Shown: positions 26,863 to 36,093 of the stretch, piece after piece | Layout: every line of letters begins with the position of its first letter | How positions within the stretch are numbered: the stretch's first letter is position 1 | IMG/VR virus record: IMGVR_UViG_3300012933_000155 | Location: 71,079 to 135,078 of that record | Length of the DNA: 64,000 bases | Direction: 5' to 3' (one strand) | Source: a virus | Translations under genes and position numbers: made by a program | Notes under the pieces: generated by a model | The model's input: the letters and a program-made list of their open reading frames with translations, nothing else | Told to the model about the DNA's origin: nothing | Database searches by the model: none

Positions 26863-27609
26863 GTGTACTCAACCCCAGTTTATATATTTACACCTAGACA
26901 AACCGTTGTGTTAAACGTTGGCAACTCACCTAGGAGATATAATACCGTGTACGCTAAAAACTTGACATTCCATAAGGGCGTTGATAACGTAATTCAATTC
27001 CAATTCTTAAACCAAGAACAGAAACCAGTTGACGTTACAGGTAAAGACATTACGGTTCGTATTATCAGTGACGACGGTACAAGAATCCTTATCAAAACTT
27101 CCTTATACCCTGTTCTTCCATTGACCGGTATCATGGAACTACGTATCATTGCTTCTGAGTTGGAAAGTATATCAGCACAGAAAGCACGTTATTCTTTAGA
27201 AATACCCGTAGGGCAATTTAGTGTCCCAGTCTTTGTAGGCGGAGATGCCGGTGCTAAAGGTGTTATTGACATTTTAGACGGTGTCTTACCAAAACACACT
27301 CCTGCAATGGAGGTAGGCATCGCTTCCCATGCACAACCAAACAACAACACAGTAGTATATTACAGTGATGTAATTAGTACAGGTTACAGCCCAGTCTTGA
27401 GCATTCAAGCATACTACACTGGATTTAGTGGTGCTGTTAAGGTGCAAGGTTCTACAGTTCCGAACAGTGACTGGTATGACATTGGTAGCGTTTCGACATA
27501 TCTTGAAACTACAGAATCCGATGTGTACACCATCAATGGCTACCACCCATATGTGCGTTTAGAGTTCACTAGTACATTGGGTAATGTCAACAAAATTTTA
27601 GCAAGATAA
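26863..27609 (+). CDS. Hypothetical late (probably structural) beta-rich protein
   Basis: Late promoter 26834; AGGAG SD; GTG start. Confidence 0.6.
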   Translation: MYSTPVYIFTPRQTVVLNVGNSPRRYNTVYAKNLTFHKGVDNVIQFQFLNQEQKPVDVTGKDITVRIISDDGTRILIKTSLYPVLPLTGIMELRIIASELESISAQKARYSLEIPVGQFSVPVFVGGDAGAKGVIDILDGVLPKHTPAMEVGIASHAQPNNNTVVYYSDVISTGYSPVLSIQAYYTGFSGAVKVQGSTVPNSDWYDIGSVSTYLETTESDVYTINGYHPYVRLEFTSTLGNVNKILAR

Positions 27610-27621
27610 TTACCAACTCTC

Positions 27622-27650
27622 TTGTATTACACTACATACTTTGTTATAAT
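27622..27650 (+). promoter_or_regulatory. Sigma70 promoter for primase-helicase
   Basis: TTGTAT-17-TATAAT, with the ATG 8 nt downstream. Confidence 0.6.
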
Positions 27651-27658
27651 ACACAAGT

Positions 27659-28636
27659 ATGTTTGACATTAAATCAATTCTCCCCGGTAGAAAGAAAACA
27701 ACAGTAAGCGGTTGGCTAAGTTTCAACGCTGTTTGTTGCGGACATCGTGGACACAAACCTGACCGTAAAGGTCGTGGTGGTTTAAAGTTCAACGGTGCTG
27801 ATTGGACTTATCATTGTTTTAACTGTGGGTTCAAGTGTAGCTTTTCTTTGGGTAGAACTATCTCTCACCCTGCACGTGACCTATTACAATGGTGCGGAGT
27901 AGACTCGCTACAGATTCAACGCTGGAGCTTAGAGAGTTTACAATACAAAGATATTTTAGATTTCTCAAAACCCAAATATCAGTTTTCAATCAACTTCAAT
28001 GAGAAAGAGTTACCTGAAGAAGCAGAGATACTGGATCCAACAAATCCATCACACAAAGTATTCTCAGATTATCTACACAAACGCAGTATAAGTACTGATG
28101 ACTTCCCGTTTGTAGTCACTCCAACATTGCCCGATAGAATGGGCAACAGAATTATCATACCGTATACATACAAAGGACAAATTGTAGGCTATACAAGTAG
28201 ATTTTTAGATAATAGAGCACCCAAATATATTAACGAACAACAGCCAGGTTATGTGTTCAACATTGACCTACAAAAACCTGATTGGAACGTTTGTATATTA
28301 ACTGAAGGTATTTTTGATGCGTTGGCTATTGACGGTGTCGCGGTAATGCACGATGACATTAGCAACGAGCAAGTGCAACTTCTCAGTACGTTAAACAGAC
28401 CTATCATTGTAGTTCCTGACAGAGATAAGACAGGACTAAAGATGTGCGATAGGGCATTAGAATTAGGTTACAAAGTTAGTTTACCTAACTGGGAACCAGA
28501 TGTTAAAGATACAAACGATGCAGTAGTAAGATACGGGAAATTGCCGACCTTATTGTCTATACTTCAAAGTGCAACTAATAGTAAAATCAAAATAGAATTG
28601 CAGAGGAAGAAAATTGGTAAACAAATCGGATTATAA
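27659..28636 (+). CDS. gp61: DNA primase (gp61-like; Zn ribbon plus TOPRIM)
   Basis: CC...YHCFNCG Zn site, RIIIPY, ILTEGIFDAL, VVPDRD, KDTND. Confidence 0.88.
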   Translation: MFDIKSILPGRKKTTVSGWLSFNAVCCGHRGHKPDRKGRGGLKFNGADWTYHCFNCGFKCSFSLGRTISHPARDLLQWCGVDSLQIQRWSLESLQYKDILDFSKPKYQFSINFNEKELPEEAEILDPTNPSHKVFSDYLHKRSISTDDFPFVVTPTLPDRMGNRIIIPYTYKGQIVGYTSRFLDNRAPKYINEQQPGYVFNIDLQKPDWNVCILTEGIFDALAIDGVAVMHDDISNEQVQLLSTLNRPIIVVPDRDKTGLKMCDRALELGYKVSLPNWEPDVKDTNDAVVRYGKLPTLLSILQSATNSKIKIELQRKKIGKQIGL

Positions 28637-30068
28637 AATAGAATACACCACTGAGGTGCAGAAGTGGTTTTTGAGAATGATGTTGACCGACGGTCAACTA
28701 TACACACGTGTAGCTAACATCATTAGCCCAGAGAACTTTGACAAGTCATTGCGTCCAGTTGTCGAGGCATTTAAGGAAAGTGCAGAACAATATAGTTCGA
28801 TACCAGAGCCTGAACTAATTAGAGCATCAACTGGTATTGACTTACAACCATTAGAAGGCATTACTCAAGGTCACACTGATAAGTTCTTAGAAGAATTCGA
28901 AAAGTTCACAAAACGTCAAGAACTAGAACGTGCGATTTTGAAAGCAGCCGACCTGCTTGAGAAGGGTGATTACGGTCCTGTTGAAAAACTAATCAAAGAC
29001 GCAGTTCAAATCAGTCTACAAAAAGACATGGGTACAGATTACTTTCATGATCCTAAAGGACGTATCAACAAATACTTTAACTCAGGCGGACAAGTATCAA
29101 CAGGCTGGCCGCAACTAGACAGATTGTTATATGGTGGTTTCAGTCGTGGTGAATTGAATATCTTTGCAGGTGGCTCAGGTTCAGGTAAGTCTCTTGTTAT
29201 GATGAACTTAGCGTTGAACTGGTTACAACAAGGTATGAGTGGTGTATATGTATCACTTGAATTGTCAGAAGAATTGACATGTTTGCGTAGTGATGCTATG
29301 TTAACAGCCATGAGTACTAAAGACATTCGCAAGGACATTGATTCGACTGAACTTAAAGTTAAGATGGTTAGTAAGAAAGCAGGTCAGTATCGTGTCAAAG
29401 CAATGCCTGCACAAAGTAACGTGAATGACATTCGTGCTTATCTTAAAGAAGTTCAAATTCAAACAGGTATCAAAGTTGACTTTGTAATGGTTGACTACTT
29501 AGACTTGGTTATGCCAGTGTCTGTTAAAGTTAACCCTAACGACCAGTTCATTAAAGACAAGTATGTTTCAGAAGAACTACGTAACTTAGCTAAAGAACTA
29601 GGTGTACTGTTAGTTACAGCGTCACAGTTGAATCGTTCAGCCGTTGAAGAAGTTGAATTCGACCACAGTCACATTGCAGGTGGTATCTCTAAGATTAACA
29701 CAGCGGACAACGTGTTTGGTATTTTTACTTCACGAGCTATGAAAGAGCGAGGGGTCTATCAGATTCAGTGTATGAAGTCTCGTAGTTCTACTGGTGTTGG
29801 TCAAAAGATTGACTTGACATACAATATTGAAACTATGCGTATCACTGACGATGATCCTGAGGGTTATGGTGAGCAACAAGCAAAATACAAACAACAACCG
29901 TCAGCAAATGCTATTCTAAGTCAACTAAAGCCACAGTCAACACTGACTGCAACTACTCCCATAATCGACCAATCTACCGGTGAAGTACTAGAACCAGTAG
30001 AAAAGAAAGTTGTAGCAGATGTTCAGGGTGCAAAACTGAAAGCAATGCTTAATAGTCTAAAGCGATAA
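28614..30068 (+). CDS. gp41: Replicative DnaB-like helicase (gp41-like)
   Basis: STGWPQLD, AGGSGSGKS, VSLEL, VMVDYLD, TASQLNR, MKSRSS. Confidence 0.92.
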   Translation: MVNKSDYKIEYTTEVQKWFLRMMLTDGQLYTRVANIISPENFDKSLRPVVEAFKESAEQYSSIPEPELIRASTGIDLQPLEGITQGHTDKFLEEFEKFTKRQELERAILKAADLLEKGDYGPVEKLIKDAVQISLQKDMGTDYFHDPKGRINKYFNSGGQVSTGWPQLDRLLYGGFSRGELNIFAGGSGSGKSLVMMNLALNWLQQGMSGVYVSLELSEELTCLRSDAMLTAMSTKDIRKDIDSTELKVKMVSKKAGQYRVKAMPAQSNVNDIRAYLKEVQIQTGIKVDFVMVDYLDLVMPVSVKVNPNDQFIKDKYVSEELRNLAKELGVLLVTASQLNRSAVEEVEFDHSHIAGGISKINTADNVFGIFTSRAMKERGVYQIQCMKSRSSTGVGQKIDLTYNIETMRITDDDPEGYGEQQAKYKQQPSANAILSQLKPQSTLTATTPIIDQSTGEVLEPVEKKVVADVQGAKLKAMLNSLKR

Positions 30069-30090
30069 ATACTTAATAGGAATCTATCTC

Positions 30091-30336
30091 ATGCACCGCA
30101 AAACACGCAGCCTTTTAGAAGAATTAGAAGCCCTCGGTCAAAATCGTGACACTAAACATGTCATCGAATCCAGAGCCAACAACATCATTACTAGTGCCAT
30201 CAATTTACTAGAAATGATTGGCAAACACTATGACGAGGAGAAGGCAGCAGTACTAGAACGTAAACTATTACGTGCCATCAAAGCCAGAGATACAACTAGA
30301 TTCTCTAATAGTATCAGGAAAAACGATGAGAATTAA
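30091..30336 (+). CDS. Hypothetical late protein
   Basis: Late promoter 30064; AGGA SD. Confidence 0.65.
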   Translation: MHRKTRSLLEELEALGQNRDTKHVIESRANNIITSAINLLEMIGKHYDEEKAAVLERKLLRAIKARDTTRFSNSIRKNDEN

Positions 30337-31039
30337 CGAAATATTAACAGAAGCCGGTGTTCCCGGTGCGCTGCGTAAGGGTCTATTCAAAGCAACAGGA
30401 TTAGGTGGCTCACCTGCAGTTACGTCTTCTATTGCTAAAGATAATTTCATTAAAAAGTTTGCCTCAAACTTTGATTTAGTGTCACATGACCAAACAGGTG
30501 CGTTTGATGCTAAAGATTACTTAGAATCTGTTATTGACCAGAACAACTGGGGACCAACTACCCCTATTCAGCAACAAGCATTGGACAAAGCAATCAGTGC
30601 AAATGACTCAACAAAAATTGCAGCAGTGGTATATCAAATAGGTATGCAGAACCGAGGTGGTAGTTCAGTTGCGACTAAACGCATGGCACCTCAAGCAAGT
30701 CAAGCAAGTCAAGTTAAAAGCACTACGGGCAAACCTGATGACTTGTCAACGAATACGTCTGGTATTATGTCTAAGATTGAAATGATGGCTAATGCTGGCA
30801 ATGTCGATGATTTACAAGCTATCTGCCGTGATGCATTGAACGTGTTGAACAAAGTATCTCCGACACACTATGCTAAATTCATCAAACAGTTGACTACAGG
30901 AAAGAATCCCAATTCACTAGCTCCTGCTGCTGTAGATAAGACTGGGGTAGTTCGTGGATCAACAGGTAAGGCAAACATAGGTGTACAAGACTTGTCTCCT
31001 GAAGTTCAACAGAGACTAGCACAACAACAGCAAAAGTAA
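30326..31039 (+). CDS. Hypothetical protein, possible internal head protein
   Basis: MRINEILTEA N-terminus. Confidence 0.6.
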   Translation: MRINEILTEAGVPGALRKGLFKATGLGGSPAVTSSIAKDNFIKKFASNFDLVSHDQTGAFDAKDYLESVIDQNNWGPTTPIQQQALDKAISANDSTKIAAVVYQIGMQNRGGSSVATKRMAPQASQASQVKSTTGKPDDLSTNTSGIMSKIEMMANAGNVDDLQAICRDALNVLNKVSPTHYAKFIKQLTTGKNPNSLAPAAVDKTGVVRGSTGKANIGVQDLSPEVQQRLAQQQQK

Positions 31040-31042
31040 AAT

Positions 31043-31066
31043 AAGCCCGATATTATGTCGGGCTTT
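31043..31066 (+). terminator. Terminator-like hairpin
   Basis: AAGCCCGA-7 nt-TCGGGCTT-T. Confidence 0.55.
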
Positions 31067-31087
31067 CCTACCTCTATAAATATCGTT

Positions 31088-31546
31088 ATGAGTTATAGAA
31101 TTAGATGTTACACGCTTTTCGACATTACGCACACTGCGTCAGTGAGCCGTAGACCATCAGTGAATTTTACCCCTGCTCAGTTGAAAGAGTGGGAGTTAAA
31201 GAGAAACGCACAGACAAATTTCGATACTGTATTGCAAGTGGTTTCTATCAGATGCCAACCAGAGAATTTTTCATCACCTAAAACCAAAACAGTTGATTTT
31301 AGTAAAGAACAATTGTTTGGATTTATGTTTGAGAATGAAGATTCTCACCAGTATTGGACGTTTGATTTTGACATTGAGAAAGACAACGTGTTTGATGACG
31401 GGAACAATAGGTTGGGCTTTTTAATTGATGATTGCAATGGAGTCCCTATGGTTAAGACAGGACGTGAATGGAATCAACTTCCGTATTTCCTAGACACAAG
31501 CCCAGAGCTAAGAAACATTTATTTTGAGGTACTATCAGATGGCTAA
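31088..31546 (+). CDS. Hypothetical protein
   Basis: TATAAATA at 31075 immediately before ATG 31088. Confidence 0.6.
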   Translation: MSYRIRCYTLFDITHTASVSRRPSVNFTPAQLKEWELKRNAQTNFDTVLQVVSIRCQPENFSSPKTKTVDFSKEQLFGFMFENEDSHQYWTFDFDIEKDNVFDDGNNRLGFLIDDCNGVPMVKTGREWNQLPYFLDTSPELRNIYFEVLSDG

Positions 31547-32012
31547 AAAAGACTTCATGTCCACTCTTAAACGAGTAGTAAAGGACAAGCAACTAGAAAA
31601 CCTTGAAAAGTATCTAGTTATCGATGTGAATGGTGGGTATGAATTGTACGGTGAGTACTTTATAACCCCAGAGAACAGTAGATTCACCGTAACCAAGCGT
31701 AGGACTGCGACTGTTGAACAATTTAACACACTGAGACATGCAGTTGCTTGGGCGTCATTAGACAAACGAGGGTCTTATAATGATGCATCCCGCATTATTT
31801 TGCTTGACCTACTACTTGAGAGTGCGTCAGTTGACCTACAAATCCACCAGAATATGTACAGAAAAGCGTCTGACATTGAGAAGAAACTCATCTATTCAGC
31901 CAAAATTCAAGAAGACAAACTAAAGAAATCTCAGGTTACGGCTGAGTTAAATACATATATAGCAAACGCTAAAAACTGGCAGTATCGTCAGTTCAAAGAA
32001 GCCGCAAAATAA
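31539..32012 (+). CDS. Hypothetical protein
   Basis: Overlapping ORF; helical C-terminus. Confidence 0.6.
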   Translation: MAKKDFMSTLKRVVKDKQLENLEKYLVIDVNGGYELYGEYFITPENSRFTVTKRRTATVEQFNTLRHAVAWASLDKRGSYNDASRIILLDLLLESASVDLQIHQNMYRKASDIEKKLIYSAKIQEDKLKKSQVTAELNTYIANAKNWQYRQFKEAAK

Positions 32013-32055
32013 TTTTAATAATGATAAATACATTATTAGTACTCTAGGAATAACC

Positions 32056-32760
32056 ATGAAACTTAACGAATTTAACTTAAAGAAATCTCAAACTTCTGCT
32101 AAAGCATTAAAAGAGCATTTCAACACGGATCTCGATACATCTAAACTAAACTTACAATCAGCACAAAAAATGTTGGTTAAAGTTCGTAGCTTAGTTTCTG
32201 AGATGAAATCTACATCTGCTGCACACGCTAGTGAGCAGAACCCAGCTTACTTGAAAGCATTGTTCATGGAGCAAACATTAACTCATCACGTAAATGAGTT
32301 GAAGGCTCTTCCACAACGTATCGTTGTAGAAAATGAACAAGTTGAGAAGTCTCAAGTTATCTTGGCTGCTCAAGAGATGGTTGACTCAATGCAAAAAATG
32401 ATTGAGCAAGTATCTGATATGCTAGTCAAAGAACTTCCAGCAGTTGTTGACGGTGTTAACTCAGAAGTTGGCACAAATGAAGGTCAACAATTCCAAGACC
32501 AAGTCACTCAAGCATTGACAAGTCTACAAGCAGCATTGACTGGTTCAAAGACTGGTCTAACAGGTGCTTTATCTGTCATTACAGGCTCTGGCGCAAGCGA
32601 CATGGGCATGGATGCAGGTGCTGATATGGGCATGGGCGATGAAATGTCTGACGTATCAGTTGAAGAACCTGATATGATGGGCGGCGAAGAAGACTTAGGT
32701 GCAGAAATGCCCGAAGAAGAGCCAGAAGAACTATCAAGCGTAGGCCGCGCAACTCGTTAA
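32056..32760 (+). CDS. Hypothetical acidic protein, possible prohead core/scaffold component
   Basis: MKLNEF start, IVVE/LxE sites, D/E/M/G-rich tail, late promoter 32023. Confidence 0.55.
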   Translation: MKLNEFNLKKSQTSAKALKEHFNTDLDTSKLNLQSAQKMLVKVRSLVSEMKSTSAAHASEQNPAYLKALFMEQTLTHHVNELKALPQRIVVENEQVEKSQVILAAQEMVDSMQKMIEQVSDMLVKELPAVVDGVNSEVGTNEGQQFQDQVTQALTSLQAALTGSKTGLTGALSVITGSGASDMGMDAGADMGMGDEMSDVSVEEPDMMGGEEDLGAEMPEEEPEELSSVGRATR

Positions 32761-32761
32761 T

Positions 32762-33082
32762 ATGAGATTGTTTGAATTTGCGGACGATGATCCGCTAAGA
32801 GTCAAGTTGGCAGGCGTTGCTACTCAGCTTAAAGCTAACAGTAACGAACCCATGCCACTTGACGAGTTTATGGAGATTTTACGTTCAAACGAAATCTCAA
32901 TAGACGAAGGTGATATTTTCGATATCATCAAAAAAGAACCTCTTGTTAACATTGTGCAAGACATTGAAGATAAGCAAGTTGTGTTCAAAGGTCAACACGG
33001 TGAGTTCGAAGAACCCGGACCTGACGAAAATGAAAAGATTCGTCAATCAATGGCAAGCAAACAAGCAAGCAAATTAGCTTAA
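32762..33082 (+). CDS. Hypothetical acidic protein
   Basis: MRLFEF start. Confidence 0.6.
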   Translation: MRLFEFADDDPLRVKLAGVATQLKANSNEPMPLDEFMEILRSNEISIDEGDIFDIIKKEPLVNIVQDIEDKQVVFKGQHGEFEEPGPDENEKIRQSMASKQASKLA

Positions 33083-33090
33083 CCGAAAAG

Positions 33091-33120
33091 ATTGTACTAT
33101 GAAGAAATTTATAGTACAAT
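33091..33120 (+). promoter_or_regulatory. Sigma70 promoter embedded in a perfect 10-bp inverted repeat
   Basis: ATTGTACTAT-10 nt-ATAGTACAAT; TTGTAC-17-TACAAT. Confidence 0.6.
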
Positions 33121-33126
33121 TGCCAT

Positions 33127-33813
33127 ATGTACATTCCCGATAAATTTAAATACGAAGCAATCAAGCGTGTAGACACACCCGAAGGTCGCAGATACGCTAC
33201 TCCTGATGGAAACAAATTACCATCAGTCACTACGATTCTTTCAGCAACTACCCCGATAGAAAAGCAACAAGCATTGCAAAACTGGCGCAATGCAGTAGGT
33301 CCTAAGAAAGCTCAAGAGATTTCAACAGAAGCCGCTAGTCGTGGCACAAGAATGCACAAGTTCTTGGAAGACTATGTATTAACAGGAGCATTAAGTGCGT
33401 CAGGTTCTAACCCCTACTCAATCCAAAGTCACAAAATGGCTGACTCAATTATCAAGCAGGGCCTTGCAAATTGCAGTGAGTTCTGGGGAACTGAAGTCCC
33501 TCTATACTTCCCTGCGGTCTATGCTGGAACAACTGACTTGGTCGGCGTCCATGATGGTAGTGAATCTATTATGGACCATAAACAAACTAATAAGCCCAAG
33601 AAAAGAGAGTGGATTGATGATTACTTTATCCAACTTACGGCTTACGCAACAGCTCATAACGAGTTACACGGAACTAACATCCGCAAAGGCGTCATTTTTA
33701 TGTGCGACCCGAACGCTGTGTACCAAGAGTTCATTATAGAGGGCGCAGAGTTTGATAAGTACCAGCAAGAGTGGTACAAACGATTAGAATTGTTCTACAC
33801 TCAGTTCGTTTAA
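33127..33813 (+). CDS. PD-(D/E)XK exonuclease (Cas4/MGME1-like phage exonuclease)
   Basis: LPSVTTIL, RGTRMH, YAGTTDLV, IMDHKQT, QLTAYA. Confidence 0.85.
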   Translation: MYIPDKFKYEAIKRVDTPEGRRYATPDGNKLPSVTTILSATTPIEKQQALQNWRNAVGPKKAQEISTEAASRGTRMHKFLEDYVLTGALSASGSNPYSIQSHKMADSIIKQGLANCSEFWGTEVPLYFPAVYAGTTDLVGVHDGSESIMDHKQTNKPKKREWIDDYFIQLTAYATAHNELHGTNIRKGVIFMCDPNAVYQEFIIEGAEFDKYQQEWYKRLELFYTQFV

Positions 33814-33847
33814 TCAACGATAAATAGTATATCAAAAGAGATATACT

Positions 33848-34576
33848 ATGGCAATCGTACAAATTTCAAAAATCATTCACAGAACTGGTTCAGTTTCAGA
33901 ACTTCCACAATTAGACATTGGGGAGATTGGTTTTGCTTCTGATGAACAACGTCTGTTCATTGGAAATGACCCAGCTTGGGTACCACCAGATGGTAATCAA
34001 CCAACTAATACTGAAATTTTAACTAACAGTGCTAACTGTAGGATTGACTTCTCTCAAGTTAACTTCAGTAGCGAGAGTTTAGCCAGTGTTTATGGACCGG
34101 CATTCATAGCAACCATAACTACTGGTCAAACTGTACCTTCATCACCTGACGGTATATCACTGATGGATCTAGTATATAATAATACTACGAAAAACATCAG
34201 TAACGGGTATAATGCATCTACTGGGGTGTTTACTGCACCAAAAGAAGGGTTTTACCAAGTTAGTGCATGTTTAGCAGTAGGATCATCAACGGGAACTATA
34301 CCCAGTGACCTGAATAATTACTGGGGCGGAGCTATATTAGGACTGTCAAGAAATGACACTCCTATTGCTGCAGGTCCATTTGTTGAGGCAAAGATGCGAA
34401 CATTCGGGTCTACTACTATTGCAGTAGCGGACGCTTCATCAGTTAGTACACTGGTTTACATGAATGAGAATGATACATTAAAGTGTACATTAGCATATGC
34501 AACCAATGCTACTTTTTTCACAACATACGCAAATATTGTTCAGAACTATTTCCAAGCTGTTTGGATTCGTCCTTAA
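33848..34576 (+). CDS. Virion fibre/decoration protein with a C1q/TNF-like C-terminal domain
   Basis: N-terminal LDIGEIGFASDEQRLFIG anchor; GYNASTGVFTAPKEGFYQVSA C1q motif. Confidence 0.6.
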   Translation: MAIVQISKIIHRTGSVSELPQLDIGEIGFASDEQRLFIGNDPAWVPPDGNQPTNTEILTNSANCRIDFSQVNFSSESLASVYGPAFIATITTGQTVPSSPDGISLMDLVYNNTTKNISNGYNASTGVFTAPKEGFYQVSACLAVGSSTGTIPSDLNNYWGGAILGLSRNDTPIAAGPFVEAKMRTFGSTTIAVADASSVSTLVYMNENDTLKCTLAYATNATFFTTYANIVQNYFQAVWIRP

Positions 34577-34652
34577 CAGATAAATACATTGTTCAAACAA
34601 TTTATGCAGAATCCCTCTGCGTAGACCTAGAACGTCATTCAAAGGAAACAAA

Positions 34653-35621
34653 ATGGGACGTCCATTAAACAAAAAATTATTCGGTAACCGTAACATCGGT
34701 ACCACAGGTACAGGCGACAACAACATCGGCGGTCAAGGCTTAGCAGCATTTACATTGCCAGGTCAATTAGGTAGCCTAATCATCAACAGCACTTATGCTC
34801 AACCTCAACTAGTAATTCCAGCTCCAACACTACCAGGTGGTGTTCAAGCTACTGCTACAGTAGTTTGGGAAGTTGAAAGCATCACAGTTTCTAACGGTTT
34901 AGTTGGAAACGGTTACGGCACAACTACAGGTGGTGCAACAACACTAACAGGCTTAGCTGGTGTTACTGCTAACATTACAGCAGTTGGTTCAGGTCAAGGT
35001 GAAGTTCAAGTTATCGTTCCTGTTAACCGTGGTGAGTTCACTACAGTTCCAACAGTAGAAGGTACATATCAAATCGTCGGTGGTGACGGTGAGCAACAAG
35101 CCGCAGTTAAGTTCCGTGTTAAGTCTATCACTACAGTAGAAAAAGGTTCCGGCTATGCCGCAGCTCCTACATTGTCATGGACAACAGCTGGTACAGATAC
35201 AGGCGGCACAGCAGTTGGTGCACCTACAGTTGCATTGACTACAGATACAGGTACTGTTGGCGGAACTACTAACCAAGAAAACGCTATCTTAGTTTCAGCA
35301 CAAACTACTTCAGGTGGTTCAGATAAAGCCGGTGATATCGTATCACAAAAAGGCGCACGTAACTTCAAAGTAAAAACAGCAGACGGTACAGCAATTTGCA
35401 AGTTAACAGCATCAGCAAACTTGGCTGTTGGTCAAATGTCTATCATTGCTACTGACGCACGTGGTAACACATACTACGTAACTAAGCTAACTGCTAAGAA
35501 AGCTACATTAGTACGCAAGACACAGAACGGTGCTAACGCATGGGTTCACGTTGAAGGTGGCGTTGCTCAGTGGAGTTTCGCAGCGGCAGCAGGTTCAGTT
35601 GTACAAGTTGCAAACGCTTAA
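34653..35621 (+). CDS. Putative virion structural protein (Gly/Thr/Ala-rich, beta-rich)
   Basis: Late promoter 34579; strong SD; composition. Confidence 0.55.
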   Translation: MGRPLNKKLFGNRNIGTTGTGDNNIGGQGLAAFTLPGQLGSLIINSTYAQPQLVIPAPTLPGGVQATATVVWEVESITVSNGLVGNGYGTTTGGATTLTGLAGVTANITAVGSGQGEVQVIVPVNRGEFTTVPTVEGTYQIVGGDGEQQAAVKFRVKSITTVEKGSGYAAAPTLSWTTAGTDTGGTAVGAPTVALTTDTGTVGGTTNQENAILVSAQTTSGGSDKAGDIVSQKGARNFKVKTADGTAICKLTASANLAVGQMSIIATDARGNTYYVTKLTAKKATLVRKTQNGANAWVHVEGGVAQWSFAAAAGSVVQVANA

Positions 35622-35636
35622 TATTTTAAGCTCAAC

Positions 35637-35663
35637 AAAAAAGCCGCTTTATGCGGCTTTTTT
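35637..35663. terminator. Bidirectional rho-independent terminator between convergent genes
   Basis: AAAAAAGCCGC-TTTAT-GCGGCTTTTTT. Confidence 0.8.
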
Positions 35664-36074
35664 TATTAGTTGATTTAGTTTGTTCTGAACTACATCGAAG
35701 TTGATTGTGTTAAACAATCCTGGATGCAACGGTCTTGGATATGACTCATATGGCACCCAGCAATACCCGCAATGTTCGTCATTCAATGTAGGGATGAACT
35801 CATCAGAAACCATACTAAAGAAAGTATGATAAGTGAAAGTATTATTCACAAACTTTTGAATTGGGATTAATTTTGCTTGTTGTGGGAAGAAGCCAATTTC
35901 TTCCTCACACTCTCGGTGAACACCTTCGAGTATTGATTCGTTCTTTTCTATTTTACCACCGGGGAGTCCCCAGAAGCCCGGGTTCTTTTCGTCATTGCGT
36001 AAGAGAAACAAAAATCTGTTAGTGCTTTGTGCATAGAAGAATACCCCGGCAGAAGTATTCTCTATTTTAGTCAT
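35649..36074 (-). CDS. Nudix hydrolase
   Basis: Nudix box GGKIEKNESILEGVHRECEEEIG. Confidence 0.9.
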   Translation of the reverse strand: MTKIENTSAGVFFYAQSTNRFLFLLRNDEKNPGFWGLPGGKIEKNESILEGVHRECEEEIGFFPQQAKLIPIQKFVNNTFTYHTFFSMVSDEFIPTLNDEHCGYCWVPYESYPRPLHPGLFNTINFDVVQNKLNQLIKKAA

Positions 36075-36093
36075 ACACTAATTTATCAGAGTT

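Noticed and set aside
33127-33813. Cas4 as part of a CRISPR system
   Set aside because: No other cas genes or repeat-spacer array; lacks the Cas4 Fe-S Cys cluster; typical stand-alone phage exonuclease.
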